Position numbers and translations under genes: made by a program | Part shown: positions 8,023-16,069 of the stretch, one piece after another | Position numbering within the stretch: position 1 is the first letter of the stretch | Layout: every line of letters begins with the position of its first letter | NCBI GenBank assembly: GCA_016211215.1 | Contig: JACQSR010000028.1 | Span: forward strand, 11,423-75,422 | Reading direction: 5' to 3' | From: Candidatus Woesearchaeota archaeon | GTDB taxonomy: Archaea; Nanobdellota; Nanobdellia; Woesearchaeales; JACQSR01 | DNA: 64,000 nucleotides | Notes under the pieces: model-generated | What the model saw: the letters and a program-made list of their open reading frames with translations, nothing else | The model's database searches: none | Told to the model about the DNA's origin: nothing

Positions 8023-9288
8023 ATGGACAGGGGAGCATCATTTGAAGTGAAAGACCTTAATCTTGCAGTTCAGGGAAGCATGAACATAGAAATTGCGGAG
8101 CGCAACATGGGCGCTTTGATGAAGGTAAAGGAAAGATTCTCAAAAGAAAAGCCCCTCAGTGGCATCAGGATAGGCATGGCTCTCCACGTCACAAAGGAGA
8201 CAGCCGTTCTTGTCAGGACGCTTATGGCAGGCGGGGCAGAGGTCGCAATCACCGGCTGCAATCCGCTGTCAACCCAGGATGATGTTGCTGCGGCATTGGC
8301 GAAGGAAGGCATCAGGGTATGGGCATACAAAGGCGAAACAAAAGAGGATTATTACAGGTATCTCGGATATGTCATTGCATTCAGCCCCAGCATAACCATA
8401 GATGATGGATGCGATTTAGTCAGCATGATTCACAAGAGCCATCCGCATCTCATTCCGGGCATAATCGCAGGCTGCGAGGAAACCACTACAGGCATCATAA
8501 GGCTCAAGGCAATGGTCAGGGACAATGCGCTGAAATACCCCATGATTGCGGTAAACGACAACAAGACAAAGCATCTTCTGGATAATTACTTAGGAACTGG
8601 TGAGTCAACGTGGGACGGTATCAAAAGGGGCACTAACGTGCTCGTAGCTGGCAAGAACGTAGTTGTGGCGGGTTATGGTGACTGTGGAAAGGGAGTTTCC
8701 TTAAGAGCCAAAGGTTTGGGTGCCAAAGTAATAGTCACCGAAATTAACTCTTTTAGGGCTTTACAGGCATTCTATGACGGGTATCAGGTTATGAAGATGG
8801 ATGATGCAGCCAAAATGGGGGATGTATTCGTAACGGTAACTGGCAATGTCAATGTAATAAAGGCAGGGCACATCCAAATGATGAAAGATGGGGCCATAAT
8901 ATGCAACGCAGGTCATTTTGATGTTGAAATCGACTACAAAGGATTAAAGAAAATGGCAAAAAATGTGGAAGAGGTAAGACCGCTTGTCGAGAAATTTACA
9001 CTCCAGAGCGGAAAAAGTATTTACTGTCTCGCTCAAGGTAGGCTTGTCAATTTAGCCCTCGCGGAAGGGCACCCAAGCGAAGTCATGGACACATCTTTTT
9101 GTGGACAATCCTTAGCCTGTGAATACGCTGTAAAGAACAGGGGCAAGCTAAATAGCGAAGTTATAACTTTACCTGAAGAGATTGATGATGATATTGCCAA
9201 ACTTAAGCTGGAAGTCTATGGTGTCCATATAGACCAACTGGATAAAGAACAGATAGAATACTTAGACAGTTGGCAAGAGGGGACATAA
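8023..9288 (+). CDS. ahcY: S-adenosyl-L-homocysteine hydrolase
   Basis: The similarity pattern runs full length (HVTKETAVL, GCNPLSTQDDVAAAL, NAD-binding VAGYGDCGKG, C-terminal ...YLDSWQEG). ATG 8023 is preferred over GTG 8014. Confidence 0.95.
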   Translation: MDRGASFEVKDLNLAVQGSMNIEIAERNMGALMKVKERFSKEKPLSGIRIGMALHVTKETAVLVRTLMAGGAEVAITGCNPLSTQDDVAAALAKEGIRVWAYKGETKEDYYRYLGYVIAFSPSITIDDGCDLVSMIHKSHPHLIPGIIAGCEETTTGIIRLKAMVRDNALKYPMIAVNDNKTKHLLDNYLGTGESTWDGIKRGTNVLVAGKNVVVAGYGDCGKGVSLRAKGLGAKVIVTEINSFRALQAFYDGYQVMKMDDAAKMGDVFVTVTGNVNVIKAGHIQMMKDGAIICNAGHFDVEIDYKGLKKMAKNVEEVRPLVEKFTLQSGKSIYCLAQGRLVNLALAEGHPSEVMDTSFCGQSLACEYAVKNRGKLNSEVITLPEEIDDDIAKLKLEVYGVHIDQLDKEQIEYLDSWQEGT

Positions 9289-9361
9289 ACTTTACAACAC
9301 ACGGCCATCCTACGTGAGATATTTAAATTAATGGAGATTCTAGGCTAAGAAAAGAGAGCAC

Positions 9362-9421
9362 GCAAAACTGCTAAATTAAGTTTTTCGGATTTTATCACGA
9401 AAAACTTTTACGCAGTTTTGC
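9362..9421. repeat. extended imperfect hairpin downstream of ahcY
   Basis: The outer stem is GCAAAACTGC (9362-9371) / GCAGTTTTGC (9412-9421). The inner stem is AAGTTTTTCG (9378-9387) / CGAAAAACTT (9398-9407). Confidence 0.4.
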
Positions 9422-9457
9422 TCAATGTTCTCTTTTCCCTTACTCCAAAGTTAGTTA

Positions 9458-9808
9458 ATGAAGAAACTTTGGAGGTTGAAAAGAATGGTTGATGCTAATA
9501 ACTCGATTTTAAAGATAACGAAAGAGGATTTGATAGACCCATCACTATTTGTTAAGTGGGATGAAAAAGAAAGGACTCAGATATTTGAAGAGCTAAACAA
9601 ACTCTATAACATAAAAGACTTAGCAAGGATATTAAGCCACGACGAGACCACAATTTACCAAATAAGATCTGGCGATGTCAAGCCCTCGACAAGGTTATAT
9701 TTTTCCTTCTTAAAGATTTTAAACATCCAGAAAGATATCACTTCGTTGATCTTGTCCTCAAGAAATGCCAAAGGTATCTTCAGAATTAATTGGGCTTATT
9801 CATTCTGA
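9458..9808 (+). CDS. HTH-containing small protein, possibly the frameshifted N-terminal part of the adjacent LAGLIDADG gene
   Basis: IKDLARILSHDETTIYQIRSG is HTH-like. The gene overlaps the next ORF by 44 nt in a different frame, in AT-rich sequence. Confidence 0.4.
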   Translation: MKKLWRLKRMVDANNSILKITKEDLIDPSLFVKWDEKERTQIFEELNKLYNIKDLARILSHDETTIYQIRSGDVKPSTRLYFSFLKILNIQKDITSLILSSRNAKGIFRINWAYSF

Positions 9809-10385
9809 CGGCCACCTAAATCTAATAAAATCTGGGAAAGGACAGCTATTTTATTTCTGCAATCAACGTAGGGAGGTTGTTGATAGGTTTTGCAACTTAA
9901 TTTCAAACACTTTCAAGTGTGATATTCATATAAGAAAGGATAAAAGAGATAACACCTTCTATGCATATCCTCCCCCAATAGTTGGCAGAATTATCGCTAA
10001 AAAAATCGGATGGAAGACGAAGAATTATCCCAACTTGAATTTTTCGATGGAAGAAGTGCCTGGCTATATTAGTGGACTATTCGACGGTGATGGAACGATC
10101 TTCATTTATAAAAACACAAGAATAACTATACCAACTGTGAAAATTACGACAGATTCAAATTTTCATGCTTCCCATATTAAATATCTGCTTAATAAAATTG
10201 ACATCTACAGCAGAATCTCCCTCGAGAGGAAAGGCAGAGACAGATGGTGCAATGTGGTTATTACCCGACAAAAGGATTTCCTGAGATTCATTAAAACTGT
10301 TAACAGCATGCATCCAATAAAGAAAGCAAAGATTGAGAGTTACTTGAATAGTGGTGATAGTTTATTCGATAAGCAACGTAAATAG
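9765..10385 (+). CDS. double-motif LAGLIDADG homing endonuclease (free-standing)
   Basis: Two LAGLIDADG motifs are present (LIGLIHSDGHL and ISGLFDGDGTI). The 206-aa size is typical of monomeric enzymes, and the sequence is markedly AT-rich compared with its neighbours. Confidence 0.75.
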   Translation: MPKVSSELIGLIHSDGHLNLIKSGKGQLFYFCNQRREVVDRFCNLISNTFKCDIHIRKDKRDNTFYAYPPPIVGRIIAKKIGWKTKNYPNLNFSMEEVPGYISGLFDGDGTIFIYKNTRITIPTVKITTDSNFHASHIKYLLNKIDIYSRISLERKGRDRWCNVVITRQKDFLRFIKTVNSMHPIKKAKIESYLNSGDSLFDKQRK

Positions 10386-10505
10386 AAACTGGAAAACCTA
10401 CCTTGCATCCTGGGAAGAAGGAACCTGATTCTTCAGGCAAAAAATAAAGGAATATAATAAAAAGAAGACAAAAAACCCATAAGAAGAAAAAACCAAAAGA
10501 AACTT

Positions 10506-13500
10506 CTAAGACGCCCGCTTCCTTTCGTATAGGTAGTAACCAACCAATACTGCGAGAAGCACAAGTACAATAATTATCGTTGCAATCAGGCCGCCCTGGC
10601 CCTTCTCCTCAACCACAGGCGCAACTGGCGCTTCTTCTACAGGCTCTTCAGGCTGCACTACGGGTTTCTCCTCTGAAGGCGGCACAACCGTCGGAGGCAC
10701 TGCGCTTGAGCCGATTGCAAAGTAGCTGAATCCGGGAGATGCTGCGCTATAGTACACATACATCGTGTCGTACTTAACAGTCTTTGTCGTCAATGCAACC
10801 CAGCCGCCTCCCACAAACCTGTAAAGCACTACATCCTCCTTTGCAATCCCCAAATCCTTAAGCCACTGCTGTGTTATCTTGAACCTTATGTCAACCGATG
10901 ACACATCCTTTGTTTCCAGCCCTTCCGGCTTTATTTCAAGGTATTGGTAAACATTAGTTACTGGCGCGGATGTTGTTGAAGGCTTGTCCTTCAGGCTGAA
11001 TACATTCAGGGTTACTGAAGTCAGCGAATTTGCAACTGTTGTCGTAACATCTGTAATCGCAATCTTGGTGTTTGTAACACCAACGCTTATCTCCGAGTTT
11101 GCAGGCACGGATGTCCAGTACTGAGACGCCTTCGCAGCAATATTGCTTTCTATTCCTGCAGCTCCCCCGCCTCCTCCGCCGCCGCCACCGCTTCCGCCTC
11201 CGCTTCCGGCTGCTGCAGTCGATTCAGCAGCGTCTGTTGTTGCGTTGAAAGTGCCGTTTGTCCTGCAATTCTGCTGGTAATCGCAGTATGTGACATTGAA
11301 GTAATATAAAGTGCCCGCAGTAAGCCCGGTCACGCTGACTGTCTGCTCAGCCTGTATTGCCGACGAGTCAACCGTAGACCCCAATGCAGCAGTATCACCG
11401 TAACTTACAGTCGAATTCACGTGCTCCGTGGCATTCCAGTTGAGGTTCACCTGAGTCCTGCCAACAACTGTCAGGCCAACTGGTCCGGTTGTATTCGGAG
11501 CCGAGGTGTCTGAAACATTGAACCATACCCACGTGATATTCTTGTTTCCTGCTTCATCAGTCACATAGAAGGTGACGTTATCCCTTATCAGCGGGTATGA
11601 CCTGTTTACGTTGATATACATGCTGGTGCACAGCTTGTATCCTCCCTGGTCCGGAGTTATGTTCATCGAGCCGTTTATGGCCAGATTCGTTCTGTTGTAC
11701 GCAAACTCGCATGCAACAGCATCAAGAGTTACTGAAATGTTGAACTGGAACGTGGATACCGTTATGTTCGTTTTCGGAGGGGTAATTATGGTTATGTTTG
11801 GCGGTATGCTGTCATTTGCCGCAACCAACGCTCCAAAGTGAGGCACGAATACCTTTGTGAAGTTTTCCGGTCTGCTGCTGTTGTAACACGGCACAGTATC
11901 AGTCGAAGTGCTGTATGATGCATCGGTGAGGCTAAGCGCTGAGCAGCTAGTTACATTTGTGAAGGAACCAGCGCCAATGACTGTGCTTACACTTGGGAAC
12001 CACATTAGCTTGTTGTAGCTATCTGCGCCCGTGGCATTTGACAGCGTTACAATCGCATAATACGTTGAATTGTCAGTCATGAACCTGTCAAAGGTTTCGT
12101 TGAAGTAAATAAGCCTCTCGACCTTTACCCTGTAATAGTTCTCAACATTAGTTATGAAGTTTGTATTGTTCACAGACACTCCAAAGTTCAAATCCCACAT
12201 CAGCTTCGAGCCGTTGTCCACCTTTATTGTAACATTCGTGAATTCTGCCAGCCTGGTGTGGTTTGCAGTAATCACGAGGTCAAGAGACTGGTTCATGTAC
12301 CCTGAACCGCTGAACTTTGTAGTGCCGTTAGCAAGTGTCATGCTGAACGAGCTGTTTGTTCTCGTGTTGTTAACGTTGTATTCCCTAATCCTGTCCAGAT
12401 GCCCACCAGTACTAACGGGTCCCTGGACTGTGAAGGTTATCACGCTGCCGTTAATGGAATTGCCAACACTGTCGTTTGCCCTTAGCTTAATCGTGTGTGT
12501 TCCAATGCTGACGTTTAAAGTCGTGGAATTTATCGCGGTGCCGTTGCCTAGTGTATATGCTGTATTATTCGTATCAATGAAATATGTAATGTTTGAGATG
12601 TTCGTAAAGGCGTCTGATGCGTTCCATGAAAGCCCAACGAGCTGGTCACCTCCTGTTGTGACAGTAAAGCTGTTGATTACCGGCACGACATCATCAACCT
12701 GGTATCTCCATATTGTTACGTTAGAGTTTCCTGCATAGTCTGTTGCATTAATCGTAAGTGTTACAGCCTGCGCAACACCGGCGCATATTGAATTATTGAA
12801 CGGCTGGAACGACGAACTGTTCTTGAAAGACGTTGATGTTGTATTGCAGCTTGTGTAGTACACCGCAGTCTTTACTCCGGTTCCTGAATAATCCCCTGCA
12901 AGGAAAGTAAACGGCTCCATTAGCCTAATCCTTGTGTCGTTTTCATAGTTAGAGGATGAATTTGTTGCATTCGGAGCAGTAGTGTCAACAATGAACGAGA
13001 ATATCATTGTCATTTTATTGCTTGAGTTGTCCATAACGGACAGGTTAATTGAGTGGTTTCCTTCTGCAAGCGTAGCAGCCGTGGGTATTCTCAATGGCAA
13101 TCCCCACGAAGCTTGGGCATTATCCGATGTCTTAAGGCTGTTGAGGTCTGCCTGAGAGGTAATAAGCCCATCTGAAATACTGAAGGACCTGAAAAGCCCA
13201 GCCACCGTCTCGCCTGTCACTGCCCTGTCTCCATCGACGGAGTAGTTTATCCATACGATGTCCGCCGTTTCGGTAAACGTGAAATTCAGCTTTACCGTGT
13301 TGCTTGAGAGGTTGTTCTTAGCCGACGAGTTTGTGCCGTTGATGAATAAGCCCGTGATAACTGCAGACGTTGTGTCGTTGACCTTTATCGTGAAGTTCTG
13401 AACAGACGTGTTCGAGTTCCCTACCGTGTCGTTCACAACTACCCTCAAGCTCAAATTCTTCGTTCCAGCCCCAAACCAGTTGTGACCGGATGGCAACTTC

Positions 13501-15572
13501 CATGAGATATTTATGTATATATCAACTCCAGTAACCCCGTCGCCCTCATTCCTCCCATGCCTAACTGCATTTGCTTCAGTATAGTTGGCAATGAACCACT
13601 GTCCACTTGAAGTGTTATATACCTCCAAGCGCCCGGCATAAAGCCCTGAAACTGAATCGTTCCACATTGTAACGACATTAATCTGGCTTCCCTCTGCAAC
13701 GGCATTTGTATCTGTATAATTTATCACATCCCCGCCTGTCCACGAGCGTGAGAAGTTGCTATTCTCCGTGACATAAGAACGATTCATCTCAAATATGTAA
13801 TGGAATGGTGGCTTTGTGTCGACGTAAAGAGCTAAGACACCATGGGCGTTCGAGTGGTTTTGAAGCTGCCCTTTTCCATCCCTCGCACTAGCATTCACAG
13901 TCCACGTGCCACCAAGGCCATTCACAGAATCCTCAAGGGTGACATTAAACGAGCAGTACACAGTAGTATTGGAAAGATTGGCTGTAGCTGTTGGACTGCA
14001 TACCAACTTCCCATTCTTTAAAGAGAAGTTGTAATTTGGTTGTCCACCGGTATTATTATTGACGGTAATGTTAATCGAATCATTATCCAGACCAACGCCG
14101 GTATCGTTAAATGACATATTGATTACTACGCTGTTTGATGAAAGGTTCACATTACAGCTGTCAACGCAACCATCACTATTAACAGACATAATATTCGGCG
14201 GCTGCAAATCCGTTGACTCACCCACTCCCGAAAAGTGGTCTACGTATATTGCAGTCTTTCCGCTCTCAGTGCGCCAGCATCCTGCGCCTATTGTCAATGA
14301 TGCGTTCTCATAATAAACTGTATCACTGCACTCAGAAAGCGCAAAGCAGTTTGGAGCCGAAGCAGTTCCGTTGCAGTAATATTTCCTGTCGGAAGTCCTT
14401 CCCATCACAATCTTGCCGTATCTGTACGATACAAAATCCGGAATGAAGTTGCTTACGTTAAGCCATGCGGCAGTGCTGTTGAACCCCTCATTCCCTCCAA
14501 GCGCCCCGTTAAACGTGGACATTCTCGTCTCAATCTGGGTTGTGTTCACGCCTGCAAGCCTCGATGAGTTTATGTTCAGGCCAACCAGGGAAACATTAAT
14601 GACATTCCCAAGAACATCTGTGAAGTTGAAAACAAGAGTGTAATTATTCAGGACGGGGTCAAAGAAGTGGTTGGCGCCCGGCAGCTGCCATCCGCTGTTC
14701 GCGCTTGAGTTTGCTATATATATCCTCATCCTTGCTGAGCCGTTCGACCACTTCATGTCTTCCATTGAGGACATGTTGCTTCCCCTGATTATCAGCGCAT
14801 TCGCAACTCCGGATGTAACTCCGGTGGTATTTCCGCATGCAACGTTTCCTGCTGTATCATTTGCGCAGAACAATATCGCGTGGTCTCCCGGAGCTGTCCT
14901 GTTATCCGCAAAGAAGGGAGTAATATTCATCTCGTAAATAGTGCCGGTGGCATTAATGACAATGCCTGTATTTGCATTAGTCGGGTCTGCCATCATAAGG
15001 GTCAGGTTCGCGCCGTAAGGTGCTGTCGAACGCTCATAAATAACCACCCATACGGAATGCAATCCCGCAAATCTCTCATCTGCAACAGTAACATTTACGA
15101 CAATCGGCATACTGGTATAATTCGCCTGAGTTGGATCCAACCCTATCGGCTTTAAGGGCAAAATTGCAGGTGGAACTGCATCTATGTGCACAGTAAAATT
15201 AGTTGGCGAATAATTGAAAAGGGCACCAGTCGACTTGTTATATACTCTACACGTCCAGTCGAAAGTTAAGTTTGTTACAGTACTTGGAAGTGATATGTTG
15301 AAAGTCTGAACGGTCCCGTTCTCTGTAGAAAGGTTAGTGCTCTTGTTCTCCCAAGACCCAGTATCATTGGCCCAAAGAGAGATATTGGTGAAGTTCCCCT
15401 TCGAGGCGTTGCAGGTAAAGGAAATCGTTCTGTTAGAAGTGTTTATGTTGTTATCAGGTGTCAGAAGCTCTACCCTGTCAACTATCCCCATGACCGCAAT
15501 GGAGACTAACGCCAGGCAGAACAAGACCATGAACAGGAACAAGCTAAGGCTGAACCTTCCGTCTTTTTGCAT
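10506..15572 (-). CDS. giant cell-surface glycoprotein (FN3-like domain, poly-Gly linker, PGF-pre-PGF-like domain, C-terminal TM anchor)
   Basis: The 1688-aa protein has an N-terminal signal/TM and N-x-S/T sequons roughly every 10-15 residues. An FN3-like segment (LTAGTLYYFNVTY) and a GSGGGSGGGGGGGGG linker follow. A domain ending ...SPGFSYFAIGS, a Pro/Glu-rich spacer and the TM LIATIIIVLVLLAVLVGYYLY complete the C-terminal part. Confidence 0.85.
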   Translation of the reverse strand: MQKDGRFSLSLFLFMVLFCLALVSIAVMGIVDRVELLTPDNNINTSNRTISFTCNASKGNFTNISLWANDTGSWENKSTNLSTENGTVQTFNISLPSTVTNLTFDWTCRVYNKSTGALFNYSPTNFTVHIDAVPPAILPLKPIGLDPTQANYTSMPIVVNVTVADERFAGLHSVWVVIYERSTAPYGANLTLMMADPTNANTGIVINATGTIYEMNITPFFADNRTAPGDHAILFCANDTAGNVACGNTTGVTSGVANALIIRGSNMSSMEDMKWSNGSARMRIYIANSSANSGWQLPGANHFFDPVLNNYTLVFNFTDVLGNVINVSLVGLNINSSRLAGVNTTQIETRMSTFNGALGGNEGFNSTAAWLNVSNFIPDFVSYRYGKIVMGRTSDRKYYCNGTASAPNCFALSECSDTVYYENASLTIGAGCWRTESGKTAIYVDHFSGVGESTDLQPPNIMSVNSDGCVDSCNVNLSSNSVVINMSFNDTGVGLDNDSINITVNNNTGGQPNYNFSLKNGKLVCSPTATANLSNTTVYCSFNVTLEDSVNGLGGTWTVNASARDGKGQLQNHSNAHGVLALYVDTKPPFHYIFEMNRSYVTENSNFSRSWTGGDVINYTDTNAVAEGSQINVVTMWNDSVSGLYAGRLEVYNTSSGQWFIANYTEANAVRHGRNEGDGVTGVDIYINISWKLPSGHNWFGAGTKNLSLRVVVNDTVGNSNTSVQNFTIKVNDTTSAVITGLFINGTNSSAKNNLSSNTVKLNFTFTETADIVWINYSVDGDRAVTGETVAGLFRSFSISDGLITSQADLNSLKTSDNAQASWGLPLRIPTAATLAEGNHSINLSVMDNSSNKMTMIFSFIVDTTAPNATNSSSNYENDTRIRLMEPFTFLAGDYSGTGVKTAVYYTSCNTTSTSFKNSSSFQPFNNSICAGVAQAVTLTINATDYAGNSNVTIWRYQVDDVVPVINSFTVTTGGDQLVGLSWNASDAFTNISNITYFIDTNNTAYTLGNGTAINSTTLNVSIGTHTIKLRANDSVGNSINGSVITFTVQGPVSTGGHLDRIREYNVNNTRTNSSFSMTLANGTTKFSGSGYMNQSLDLVITANHTRLAEFTNVTIKVDNGSKLMWDLNFGVSVNNTNFITNVENYYRVKVERLIYFNETFDRFMTDNSTYYAIVTLSNATGADSYNKLMWFPSVSTVIGAGSFTNVTSCSALSLTDASYSTSTDTVPCYNSSRPENFTKVFVPHFGALVAANDSIPPNITIITPPKTNITVSTFQFNISVTLDAVACEFAYNRTNLAINGSMNITPDQGGYKLCTSMYINVNRSYPLIRDNVTFYVTDEAGNKNITWVWFNVSDTSAPNTTGPVGLTVVGRTQVNLNWNATEHVNSTVSYGDTAALGSTVDSSAIQAEQTVSVTGLTAGTLYYFNVTYCDYQQNCRTNGTFNATTDAAESTAAAGSGGGSGGGGGGGGGAAGIESNIAAKASQYWTSVPANSEISVGVTNTKIAITDVTTTVANSLTSVTLNVFSLKDKPSTTSAPVTNVYQYLEIKPEGLETKDVSSVDIRFKITQQWLKDLGIAKEDVVLYRFVGGGWVALTTKTVKYDTMYVYYSAASPGFSYFAIGSSAVPPTVVPPSEEKPVVQPEEPVEEAPVAPVVEEKGQGGLIATIIIVLVLLAVLVGYYLYERKRAS

Positions 15573-15694
15573 TTAAACCCTCTTTTTTCTGACGACTATG
15601 CCAGTACCTAACACCCTTTTTCACTTTCCAGAAGAAAGGGAGTATTTAAAGATTTCGATTATTTAATAAATTACTGACATACCGATGACGACAA

Positions 15695-16069
15695 ATGAAC
15701 AGAATTTCAGCAAAGCATAATCCAAAAAGCCATCTTTCCATGTTCTGCGGGGGGAAAAATATCGGAAAAGCCCGCATCTGTAAAACTATGCGCTCAAAAA
15801 CGCTTGGATTAATGCTGTCCCAAAAAAAGGAAACCCTGATTCTTGTTCTGCCAAAAATGCAAAAGGCATCCATCCACACATTCTTCATGCTTTACCCTAT
15901 TGATGTTATATATACTGATGAAAAAGGCATAATTTCAGAAATTAAAAATAATATGCGCCCCTGGGCATTGTTCTTTCCTAAACTTCCTGCAAGGTACATC
16001 ATAGAAGCCCCTTCAGGATTTGCAAAAAAGAACAGGCTAAGAAAAGGAATTACCCTTCAACTGCGATAG
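15695..16069 (+). CDS. DUF192 family protein
   Basis: ...TLGLM...[21 protein letters not shown]...[12 protein letters not shown] matches the DUF192 pattern. Alternative start at ATG 15740. The 3' end overlaps the leuS 3' end by 20 nt. Confidence 0.6.
   Translation: MNRISAKHNPKSHLSMFCGGKNIGKARICKTMRSKTLGLMLSQKKETLILVLPKMQKASIHTFFMLYPIDVIYTDEKGIISEIKNNMRPWALFFPKLPARYIIEAPSGFAKKNRLRKGITLQLR

Noticed and set aside
9458-10385. LAGLIDADG locus considered as an intein or intron-encoded endonuclease.
   Set aside because: It is not inserted in frame within a host protein, and there are no Hint splicing blocks or group I intron structure around it. It is treated as a free-standing, possibly frameshifted homing endonuclease gene.
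11161-11220. GC-rich, triplet-like repetitive tract (ccgcctcctccgccgccgccaccgcttccgcctccgcttcc).
   Set aside because: It is neither a CRISPR nor a non-coding microsatellite. It is in frame within the giant surface protein and encodes its Gly/Ser linker.
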